Shown here in pieces: positions 1-11,800 of a DNA stretch of 64,000 nucleotides. The DNA is from Trichoplax adhaerens. Lineage: Eukaryota; Animalia; Placozoa. The stretch is taken from contig NW_002060943.1 of assembly GCF_000150275.1 (NCBI RefSeq), forward strand, positions 6,998,299 to 7,062,298, in the 5' to 3' direction. Every line of letters begins with the position of its first letter. The stretch's first letter is position 1. The notes below the pieces were generated by a model. That model did no database searches, had not been told where the DNA came from, and worked only from the letters and a program-made list of their open reading frames with translations. The position numbers and the translations under genes were made by a program.

Positions 1-40
1 TCATCATTGACTTACCTCTCAATCAATGTTCGGTTTTTAG

Positions 41-3000
41 GCGAAATCACCATGCAAAAAGTGAAAGTTCAACGTTATGTAACTGGCAAAAGGTTGTATG
101 GTTAATTTGCTGTACTGTAGTGTTACAATGATGAAATAGAACAATTTCAATAGGCTGTGTTACCAGGCTTAAAAGTAGTCATAATGCTAATTTCCAAATG
201 TTCTACAACATAGTACTGTACGTATAACAAAATCTACAGTAGTGGACTTAATCTCATAATCAAGTCAATGGAGGCTACCAGTATTAACCTGAAAAGACAC
301 CATTCGATCGATATTCCTACAATGATTATTAAATACTATTGGCTAGAAAGGATAACTTCAATTTATTCGAACCGATTAATCCTGTGCACGTTACTCCTAG
401 TAGTAGCTTATCCGTGTAGCACTATTTGTTGCTTTTGTAAATATAGCTCTCCTACAGCGCTATATAGTCTGTATACTTTACTCTTTTGAGTGGTAGGCAA
501 TTTTTTGTCTTCCGGTGAATATACATAAGCATACACTAATATAGCTCTTTTTATAGACCATTGTATGCCCCAGAATCGGACGAGGAGGAGGTAGAAGAAG
601 AAGATGAGTTTATTGAAGCTGAAGACCGCTTCAACGACGAATATGTAAATTTCTAATATTACCTCTTTTCAATAGCACATGTCTAGTGTTAGCTCGTTTA
701 AAAGGATACTTTACTGAAAATCTAATCACATTTCAGTCAATGAATCGAGAGAATAGTTTAACGTTATCTTACTCATATCTACTATTAATCTGGTATATAC
801 TAGAATTTAGATGAAGATATAGCAAGGGATAGACGAATGAAACGTTTATTACAACATCAACGAGAAGGATACGATGGTGAACGGTAAGTCAAATCAAAAA
901 GGAATTGTTACACTGCAGCCATTATCAGTATGTGTCTCTTAATCCATAGATTGCATGTCCATATGACCCTTATTAATTATTAGAAGCAGTAGCTACCACA
1001 CTTTTTAGAATACTCATACATTATCAGATTTGCCCAGTGTATGATAATTAAAACAGCAGACTGGTAGAAAAACTGATGCGAAACCGTTTAACGTCTCTAA
1101 ACTATAGGAGAAGAGAGGTTACTGGCCCTGAGATTCTCAGTTATGGTGACGATGAAGCTTCTGCTGATGATGTAATGCAATGATACCTCAATTAGTCTTT
1201 AATGAAGTGAAAATCAACAAATATTCATCTCGATTCTTTTAATTAATCATAAAGATGGACATTGAAGACGATGAACCAGCTAACGTTGCCAGTAGATTCG
1301 TTGACGAAAGCGAGTATGTAAACAGAGTTTTTATTCAACTCTCAACTATCTACAATTATAACGGTTTATTCACTGCTTTTAGGGAATCAGATGAAGATCT
1401 AGATGAAGACGTAGGTTTAGAACAATACCTCTACATTTATAACTTAAAATTCCATATATTATAGAGTACTACATCTTCGAACGCTTCAATAGGAAATAGA
1501 AAGGAGACGAGAACTCATGAGACAGAGAGCTAAAGAAAGATTAGTGGAGGAGGTACATTTATAAGATATCATTTTTAATTCAAGATAAGCTATACGAGGA
1601 GACCGTAGTTCTTGCTATATTCTACCAATATGATATCAATCAGCTTATATCTTAACATGATCATTAATTATCATAGGATGATGTTTTGGAATTAGAGGAT
1701 GAACGACGATCAGAAGATGCAGAAGAAGATGAGGTTACTATCAACTATTTTCCTTAACAGCGATACACAGGTTTCGTTATCACATTTTTAAACTAAGCCT
1801 TGCTATATAGTCCTCGGAATACGAAGAATACTCCGACTCCGAAGAAGATACCGGTCCAAGATTAAAGCCCGTATTTGTCAGAAAGTACGTAAACTTAGCT
1901 TAATTTGCATTATCATAATTGTCTTGAGAAATTCATATATTTTTGTTCTGAAGATCCGATCGCGGTACCATTAAATCGCAGCGAGATATTGAAAAGGAAG
2001 AAGAAATGTTAGCACGAAAGGAAGAACAGCAGGCCATACTTAGACGTCAAGAAGCGAAAAGGCTCGTTAATACTGTAGTTTTAGAAGAACTGAAGGAAGA
2101 ACAGAAACAAGAAGAAATAGAAAATGTCGTGAATACTGACGATGATAACGACGAAGAAGAGGTAAGCTCAGTTTATGGATTACCTTTTTTTAAATAACTG
2201 TAACTCTATTTCTAACGTAATTTAAATTATTGTATGTGGCACATAGTATGAGGCATGGAAGGTTAGAGAGTTAAATCGTATCAAAAAGGATAGAGATGAA
2301 AGAGAACAAAGAGAAAAAGAAAAGCAAGAACTTGAACGTATTCGCAATATGACTGACGAAGAACGTCGTTTGGAATTTTTAAAGAATCCTAAACTTCAAG
2401 TTAATAAAGGACCAAAGGGCAGATACAAATTTTTGCAAAAGTATTATCATAAAGGTGCCTTTTTCATGGTAAGAGAATCATCTATACGAGTTCTATGTAT
2501 ACAGTATATATCAAAACTGCATTAGTCTACAACAATAAGATGGAATTCTAGACTTAAAACATAATCAAGATTCATAACGTTACCTAATAGGATGACGAAG
2601 ACAATTTATATAAAAGAGATTATGCTGAGCCTACACTTGAAGATCACTTTGATAAGACTATTTTGCCGAAAGTGATGCAGGTAATATAAGAAACAGTATG
2701 AATTTTAAATCCAAGACATCTCTATGCAGCTAATTCGGTTTGGAAACACCAGCTGATAAAGTATTAATTTGGTGGCGGTTGACATTTTCATTTGCGTCAT
2801 GTGTAACGATATTGTTAAATATTATAAATATATCATTTTATCGCTTTGGTTTTATAGCTAAAAATTATTTTTTTGTGGTTCAATTTCATCCACTTAGGTG
2901 AAACACTTTGGGCGATCTGGTAGAACTAAATATACCCATCTAGTGGACCAGGATACAACAGATGCCTCATCAGCGTGGGCTCAAGAATCAGCTATTAACC

Positions 3001-3071
3001 ATAAATTTTACTATAGCAAAGCTGCGGGCAGAAAAAATTTAAATCAATCATCCAACAAAAAGAAAAAATAA
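41..3071 (+). CDS. MFAP1: Microfibrillar-associated protein 1 (spliceosomal B-complex protein), multi-exon, 5' end upstream of the window
   Basis: Spliced exons read (G)[17 protein letters not shown]|[11 protein letters not shown] (41-92, 557-), [25 protein letters not shown] (~1811-1884), [20 protein letters not shown]...[18 protein letters not shown] (~2247-2468), [13 protein letters not shown] (~2591-2680) and [21 protein letters not shown] (2898-), stop TAA 3069-3071. These are hallmark MFAP1 motifs; about 13 short exons with GT-AG introns. Confidence 0.96.
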
Positions 3072-4297
3072 AATGTTAAAGCGTTCAATCCCATTTTCAA
3101 TAATGATACATCCAATAAACTAATTGTTATGGCGCAAACTAACTTGACGCTTTGAGTCACTTCAGAATTATAGGCGTTATTTAATATAGCGTATATGCAT
3201 TTTATGTTTTATATCTCGTATAATATGCTGCTCTGCTATACATAAGCCTGTTGCCCAGTAACAAATTATTTAGCCTGTCTTGTATATATATATATATGTA
3301 GTTTTGTACATATATTACGGTAGATGTGCACTTTGTAAGTAACGATTAACTCTGTATGATACATGATGAAATTGGAAAGCTATGATGTGATTTGTAGCTC
3401 TATATGCGTACTGCTGTAGTTTAATGAATATTAATAGGGTATTACGTAGCGAAAAGTGTACGACGTCCTATCCATTAGTATGTGACTAATGTGTACCCTT
3501 CAAGCAACAATATCAAGTTACATTTGACTTGGAGCAAGAAATTTTTGCAAAATCTTAACCTGTATAATAACAGTAGAATTAAGTTTGAACTTGTGAATGT
3601 CGTTATACTGATATAGGATGTGATACAAACAGTGGCTTGTGAAAGAAAAGGTATGGAATGATTCTGTGTTATTATATTAGTCAGTTTATGGCGTCTTTCA
3701 CTATACAGTACTGAAGTTAATGATTCATCGCTGAACTGTATTGATATTGATATAGACCCTTTTCTCATGTTGAAGTTGTACAGTACAACTTTTATCAGTA
3801 AGTTTCTTGGCTGTTAATTGCACTTGTTTTTAATTTGAATAAAATGAATAATTCAGAAAGATGCCACATTCATCTAATCCATATTGAAAAGTGAACTGTG
3901 GTATCTCTGTCAGCGAAGCGACCAGGCGAAAAGCTACTATCTATTTTAATAGTGCATTTGTAGTACGCATATCGTAATTTATTTAGAATGATACAATTTA
4001 TACAGCGTTATCTAGCTGTCTGTATAACTACTGTAATTTTTAAGAGGAAAAGTAATGAATTTATAAGGCTAACTAAAGCGGTTTATAAATTCCAACAGTA
4101 TTACCACTATTGAACTACAGTAATTCTATAGACCATGGGTGATAAAATTCATTATTTTCTTTTATACTAGTCTATTTATTTTTAAAATAAATCATATCTA
4201 CGTCTCAGACTCTCACTGTCGGAAAGCTATGTGATCTTGGTATCATTTAGTCCGTTGCAAAGTGTTTTTTTTTTTTACAGTACGATCTTCGTATCAT

Positions 4298-4356
4298 CAT
4301 GGACTGCTAGATAGCCGATACTACAGTATACCAAGTATCGAATCTAGTAGTCCATG
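4298..4356. repeat. Short inverted-repeat (MITE-like) hairpin element
   Basis: CATGGACTGCTAGAT ... ATCTAGTAGTCCATG terminal arms plus an inner CGATACT/AGTATCG stem. It lies between two diverged copies of ggtatcatttagtc.gttgca.agtgt (~4239 and ~4356). Confidence 0.7.
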
Positions 4357-4703
4357 GTATCATTTAGTCAGTTGCACAGTGTGCTTCTTTTACAGCTCTG
4401 TATAATGCAATACAGTGGAGTTTAGATGCTTATTGCAGAGAAACCAGCGGGGCGCGCTGCTAACAATTAGTACGAGTATTCTGCAACTATTATTGATTGT
4501 CGGAACTCTAGAGTAACTCGAGGACGCTTCCGGTGGATCGTACGATAAAAACAGAATATTAATCCGTAGTCAATATAGTTTTTTTTGACCTTGACTAGAC
4601 TAGCCGATCTAGATACAAGAAAAGCAAATCTATCTCTATGGTACAATAGCTGGTCGTTATTCAGCCGATTGGAGTGCTGTACATTGTACGATAATAACGG
4701 ACA

Positions 4704-4986
4704 TTAGCATTTCAGACGGGACAGTTGTTATTGCGAGTTGCATCAGAGGTTTTATACTGTATGGCCTGGATAATTAGAATAACGTCTTCTCGTAGTCCAT
4801 GTATTTATTGTACAGCGTTCAGTTATGGATTCATAAGTTTTTCCATCTGTTTAGCATTGCAGACGGGACAGTTGTTATTGTGAGTTGCATCAGAGGTTTT
4901 ATACTGTACGGCATGGATAATTAGAATAGTCTCTTCTCGTAGTCCATGTATTGTACAGTTATGGATTCATAAGTTTATCCATCTGT
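4704..4986. repeat. Two-copy tandem duplication (~140 bp unit)
   Basis: ttagcatt.cagacgggacagttgttattg.gagttgcatcagaggttttatactgta...gttatggattcataagttt.tccatctgt occurs at 4704-4850 and 4851-4986. Confidence 0.9.
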
Positions 4987-5324
4987 GGGTTTTTCTTATA
5001 TCTCGTAGGCTCAGCGAGCATTATCCATTCTAATCTGTGACCTAATGCCTATGGATCTTGTCCAGCTTATAACATCAACGTTGTTATAGGACTGAAGTAA
5101 TCAGTTTCTATCACCAAGCGAACGCCCAACTTGGATGCTGACATGTTGTCGAAAAATGGAAAAAGAAGTGGCGACATGCATTTTGCACAGTGCATTCCAC
5201 CGGAACCCCTTCTGTCTAGTACGCTCTATAGTACAGTAAGCTATAACTAAGTTGTTACAGTAGGATGCTGTACACTAGTGTTGAATGATGCCTAGAGTGT
5301 CACCCCGAGTGGCTTGGTTAGAGT

Positions 5325-5372
5325 GTACAGTACAGTCGGCTACAGTGTACAGTACAGTACTGTACTGTACGT
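5325..5372. promoter_or_regulatory. CAGTA/TACTG palindromic array in the putative p190RhoGAP promoter region
   Basis: gtacagtacagtcggctacagtgtacagtacagtactgtactgtac, in a locally GC-richer stretch 3.5 kb upstream of the p190 ATG. The regulatory role is inferred from recurrence at other 5' ends. Confidence 0.4.
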
Positions 5373-8300
5373 CCACTCACGCCACTAAATCACCAAGCAC
5401 AATCGACGCCCAAAGGCAATTTCTTGGCAGCATTGCAGTCGCTGTAGGCTGTAGAATCTTGGCTGTCAATGGAGTTTTTTTTTCTTCATCTACCATAGCA
5501 GTTCGATGAAGTGATTGCAGTATTGATTAACAGTCTATTTCTGCCTTGAATCGATATTTTTTTTGCAAGGATTTAGTATACGTTGGTCCATACGTTCATG
5601 GTTTTAAAGTGGAGAATACAAACGTAAAAGCCATCAAGAGTCAAGACTGTGGAAAGTGGAACAATCCAGTATTGGAAATTGCGATTGATTGCCCAATCGA
5701 TAACTTATTACATTAGTCTTTTTGACTATATTAAAGCCATCTGGCCACACTTTCATCAATGTTGTAAGTACGATAGGATGATACTAGCTAGCTCAATGTT
5801 ATGTTATGTAACTGTTTTGTTTATTGGTTTTGTGCTCTATTATAAAAATACACTACAATTAAATGGATACTTTACTTACTGTCGACGTACGCGTATGTTC
5901 CAATCGTTTAGACGATAAAATGGATCATCAATACAATACAGCTTAGAGTCATAAAAATAAATTAAAATGATATGTACGCTGTTTTACTACTTTACTTCAA
6001 CGCTATCATAGTGTAGTCACGATCGTTTCTGCTATTTTTATTTGAACGCTGTCAATATTGATAGAAAATATCCATTTAATGTCCAGCGTATCAGCTCCTT
6101 CTACCATAGCACAAGCTAGTATTGTGTTTCTCAAGCGAACTCCACCATTTTATCCACCTCAATGCTATGCATCATAGTCGATATTGTTATTTTCAATGGA
6201 ATAGTCCACAGCCTATATTCATCACAGTGGATGAGTATCAACGAGGCTAAATATAATTTCATTCCTATTCAAGCACAATATATAAAGCGTAACTCGATAC
6301 GACTAGCAACGATAAGAATATCGCTGACTCTCTATCCAATATTTCCGATCAATAGCCTCCTTGACCAAGAAATTGACATTTCTAAATCACGGATACGACT
6401 GCAAAATCTGATGAATGATATTATGTATTTATATCGCCTAGTTGCATTTGGCATCATTTTTGCCCACAGAGAGAAATTCCATGACTTAATCAATTCGTTT
6501 TAACGTTGTCACTCTGAAAGTGACAAATATTAAATCTTATATGTATACGTCCATCATATCTGCTAAAAAAAAAAATAGACGGTACGTGTATTCAATCCTA
6601 AAAATCAATACTACACATGGACTATGCAGAGAATATAATTCATAATTTACAACCTTAATAAAAATGAAAAAGACCTAGCTTAAAATAACTCAATTCGCTT
6701 CTGTCTTAGGCAAGATATGAACAAACACAATCTGATCTCCGTAAACATTCATTTAATGTGAATACTATAGTACTCCGGTGACTTTCAACAGCTTGAATCA
6801 ATCCGAACACTGTAAATCCGATACAGTAGAATAGAGCGAATTAAAATTCTTCTCTTTCTGAAAACAAATACGATGTTAAGCGTTGCAGTACCCCCCCCCC
6901 CCCTTGCAAGTTAAACGGGTGTAGTTGACTACTGTGCACCCTGGTGGAAAGTTTGTTGATGATCATGATCGTATCGATTGTATGATATACAAACAGTAAA
7001 GTCGAAGATCGTCTCACTGCCCAAACCCTTTACAGCCATTATCAAATCTTTAAAAATTCAATATACTATAGAAGGATGAATTTATTCTTTAAGGTATCAC
7101 TTTAATTAATCTTGTTTGTTATACATTGTTTGCATGCAATTTGAAACCGTTCACGCGACCGTGCTCTACCCTTAATTATAATACCACAAGGAATTTACAA
7201 ATTTAATATGCTACTCTGTAATGCAAAATAGAGCAATATTCCATATTGCCATATTCCTTCACCAATTCGCAATATTGAGCCATCGCGTATTGTAAGCGAC
7301 GTAACAATAATTAATTTGTTGTTGTTGTTGTATTGCAATTATGGCAATGTGCGCTAACTGCAATTACAGTAATAATCGTGAATTGTAAGTATTGCTGTAA
7401 CTCATGTTCTTCTGCCCAAGTGATAGGATGTGGTGATGATGGAACCCACAGTGCTATAAATACAAATACAGTACATTATTTAATTAATTACCAGTATAAA
7501 TTTTCACTTCTATTTCGTAAGGATCCGATTGAATCCTGAACTAAATCATCAATTTTAACTCTGTGATAGTGAATACAATATCTCAATCCTATAGCATATC
7601 CAAAAATCAGACGATTCTAAATCCTAACAACGCTAAAATTTTTTTTTGTTATCGTTTTTACATGTATTGTTATGAACCAATAAGTTAACGCGAATTACGT
7701 AATCTTGAAAGTAATGTCTGATAATTAACAATCGATCCAATAGGAATAAAAACTTGGTGCAAGCATAGCTCGTAATAAATGATACAATACATGAACAAGG
7801 CATTGCTGATTTTGTTATGTAGTTTAATTAATTGGTATTACTCATTTTATACAGTAACAACGAACACTCATACGGAGTAACAAACAGCATACACCCGTGA
7901 TAGAAACATCTCCACACCTTACACCGAAACACGCAAACCTATTTCTACCTTATTGAGTATAGTATGTTAACTAACTGCTATACGTCGCTGTTTGTACATT
8001 TAGAAATGTAAACTTTGCACATAATTGATATAGCATCCTCGGATAAACAGTAAAATCTGCACAGTAACGTTACAACGCCGAAACATATAACATAACAACA
8101 TGCATCATTCAATGATAATATAATATCTAACCTTAAATCGATATACTAAAGTTATTCCAATATACAGAACAACGCACGTATACTACTGTATGTGTACAGA
8201 TGAAGTTTACGACGTAAGACAAATAGTAACTGACACGAATTGCTATATTGCTGTATAGTTCTTATATGTGTTTATGTAATACATAGGTACGTACTTGTAT

Positions 8301-8850
8301 CATCAAAATGACGACTATTTTTATAAGCTTTCAACGGTAGTAGCTATTGGTGTGAAGTATGATTACTTCAAATGTTTTTAATCCATGTTACATGATCTAA
8401 CTAACTGATTTACGTTATACCTTTTTCAATTAACCGTATTATGTTGCCATTACAAATTGGCTAATTACTTATTTTGTATTCTTGTAACAGCTTCTACGAA
8501 AGGCAAGACTTTTACAAATGAAGTATTAAACATTCTAAGCTGGGCATCTATATACAATGCAGAAACTTTAAAACGTCAGCTATCAATCTTTACAGAATTT
8601 GAACATTTTATTAATATTTGTTACCTTGTAAATCTAATACTCCCGCAACATTGGTGCAAAATGTTCTATATATGAGCAAACTGGATTGCAATATCGATCC
8701 ATATTGTACCTAGTAGCTGATTCTAGTAGCACTTACCATCTAGCTACAATAATTTATGACTCAAAACAAATTGATATATTCTAATTCCCTATAAATCACA
8801 AAGACTTTATCGTGCTATACAGCTGCGTATAAAGCGCTTGTAGTGACAGT

Positions 8851-11800
8851 ATGACTACAAAAGAAGTTAGCAAACCTCTTACTGGTACGGTGAATATCTG
8901 CGTTGTTGGCCTATCTGGTTTCAAGCAAAATTCTGGTAATATTGGCGTCGGTAAATCTTGTTTTTGTAATCGCTTCGTTAGACCTAAAGCTGATAGTTAT
9001 ATCAATAATCACGATTCAGCTTTATATAGCCTTAGCGATTTTAACTCACCAGTTGTTAATGGTGACCATTACTTGTATTGGGGACAAGTTGTACGAAATT
9101 ATGAAGATGATAATAGCCGAATAGTCTATCGTGTTATTGAGCAAACCGAATTTATTGATGAGCAGACTGGTGTCCCTTTTTGTGCTGACGACATACTACC
9201 ATATCACAAACGTGCCCTCCAAACCAATTTGTCCTCGGATGGCAAAATAGCATACTATAATAGCGATCAAGTCAGTTTGCCTAATGGATATCCTCAAGAC
9301 TACATGCCAGATAGCCAACTAAATATTGACGGTTTTATCTGCGTATTCGATATCAAGTCTAATAATAGTGATGCCAATGGATATTTCGAACTGCAATTTA
9401 AATTTTTCCAAAGCCTGATAGATGAATTATTTCAAGTAGGAAAACCGTTCTTAGTTGCAGCCACGAAATGTGATGAAAGTGATAATCAGTCTTTATCAGT
9501 TATCAGCGAATTTATTTCGAATAAACCTAATATCCCATTGATCGAAACATCTGCTCATCGAAATATAGGCATTGATGACGCTTTTCGTGCATTAGCTCAA
9601 ATGATACTTCTAGAATCGGAATTTGTTTTCAAGCCAATCGATTATAGCGTTGAAGAAGCCAAAAAAAATGAAGAAGAAATTTCTTTAATAACTGAACTTA
9701 ATCAAATATTAGAAGATCATGTGGACAGTTGTACGACCAAGTGGAGTGAAGTCATTGACGATATCCAAGACGATTTAGCTTATATCAAGGTTATTGACTG
9801 TATTGGAAGCGAAGCAGCACAAAAACAATTTCGGAAACATTTACGTAAACTTAAGGCTGATCTAGAAGAACGAAAATATTACGAATATATGTCATTACTT
9901 CCTAAGACACTACAGCAGATTTGGCCAACCTATTCTGCCCTATTACGAACAGTTGGCAGTGTTGAAAATTGGTCTACTTGTTGCAATTGGATAAGACATA
10001 ACATGGGAACTTGTCATAAATATATCATTATCTTTCCCGATGATTTACCTTGGAGTGAAAGCGATCATTTACTTCGTGACGATCCCCGCATACCCTACGA
10101 CTTACTACTACAAAGCGATGCCGAGGTAATGTTTAGAACTCATATCAAAAATCTCCGTGAACGTAGAGAGGTAGATCTAGCAAAGTTAGAATTTCGTAAA
10201 CTTTTAATCCACATACCTAATATTCTTCCTGGGATGGATATATCTGCTATCGAGTCTTATGTAAAATATGAAACTTGCTACATAAAATTATCAGTAAACG
10301 ATCGGAAGCAGATATACCAAGAATATCAGTCAGATCTTACTGAAAGGTGTAGAACAGATTTCATCGAATTATTATTTGAATCGCCAGATATTTGTAAGGC
10401 TTTGCTACAAGCAGATAATGATTATACTAAATTAGATATATCCCAGTTGAAGGGTTGCATTTCGAAAGATAATCGCTACAAGCGCTTAAAACACCTTAAA
10501 TCGACAGACATAGATCAAATTTTATTAGATTATGTCATTTGTATGCATGGTAAAGGCAGATGTATTTATGGTGACGGGAAATGCATGAATAAGGTAATGA
10601 GAGGAATAACGGCGAAGCATCCACGAGAAGAACATAGTAAATATGACATTAGGTACGTATACTTGTATTAGCCAGTCCTTACAGAATGTTGTTTATGAGT
10701 GGAAATCTGAACTACTTCACGCTAGCTATTTCAGTTTTCTTTCAGTTTACATGGAACCAATTTTAAATTTAAATTCGATAACTATTTTTCGTTTCCATGA
10801 CTTGGTCGTAAAGATTATGCTTATGTGCAATGTGTTGTGATCCATACAAAATCGAACGTATCCTCGATCGTTTGTGGAAGAATAAGAAATGCAGTATTGA
10901 TCAAAATAAGCCAGAAGATATTTTGATTGAAATGCCATTTGAAGGCGATATGAAGAAAATATCTCTACAATTAACATCACTTCATAGTAAGTCTTCGCTC
11001 AGCATTCTTAAATAGAACTATAGTAGCAAGGTAAAAGATAACAATAATTATCGTCATTATTTCGAATTGCAACTATAATATGTAGGTGCTCACCACGTAA
11101 ACGCAAATGAATTCCAAGGATTTGTATTGATTTATTCAACTCTAAGGCTAGCATCATTCGTCACAATGAGGTCAATATCACAGCTACAAGCTGATAAAGG
11201 ATTTTCTTAAATACAATTACCTTAATGCTGTTAATAAGTGACGTTGCTCACTAGAATGAAAAAAATGTTCGACTTGCACTCCTAAATCGTGGCAATTTAT
11301 TTACTGTTAGGAATTTATTTTTATCTCTACCGCAAGATATTCCAGTTTTGGTATTAGCGGTAACCGATGCAGATTTCGATTATGGTGTTTCCTTCGATCG
11401 TGCCTACGCTGCCAAACTTCTAGCTGATGGAAGTAATTTGGCGAAACAACGAAATAACTTTTTATGGCTATATTCCCCCCGATTTCCTAATCATGGTGGG
11501 TTTTTGTATCAAAATACGTATAGTGATTTACCGATTCAATCGGATTGATGATTAATTTATATTTTTATTACATATCTTTAGTTGGCGATTTTTCGTTGTT
11601 TTTCTCGTTGGTATTGAGTATTTCTCTTAGTAAAGCTGGCCTGCCATTAAAACGCGTTGCCGCAACTTCACTATCATCTTCTGCTCCATCACTAATTGAT
11701 AGCATAAGAAAAAGTAAAGGATCGACCTCGAGTGCACAGAAAAACCTATTAGTACCCACTAATAGCGCAAAAATGAAATATTCTGATGCGGTAAATGAGA

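Noticed and set aside
4430-4590. GC-richer segment ending in a T-run, a possible Pol III ncRNA (RNase MRP- or 7SK-like)
   Set aside because: I could not find the conserved boxes of any known ncRNA family; an Infernal/Rfam search would be needed.
5285-8675. Several 68-113 aa ORFs upstream of p190RhoGAP
   Set aside because: No motifs, and composition typical of AT-rich non-coding DNA or TACTG repeats; probably 5' leader or intron sequence.
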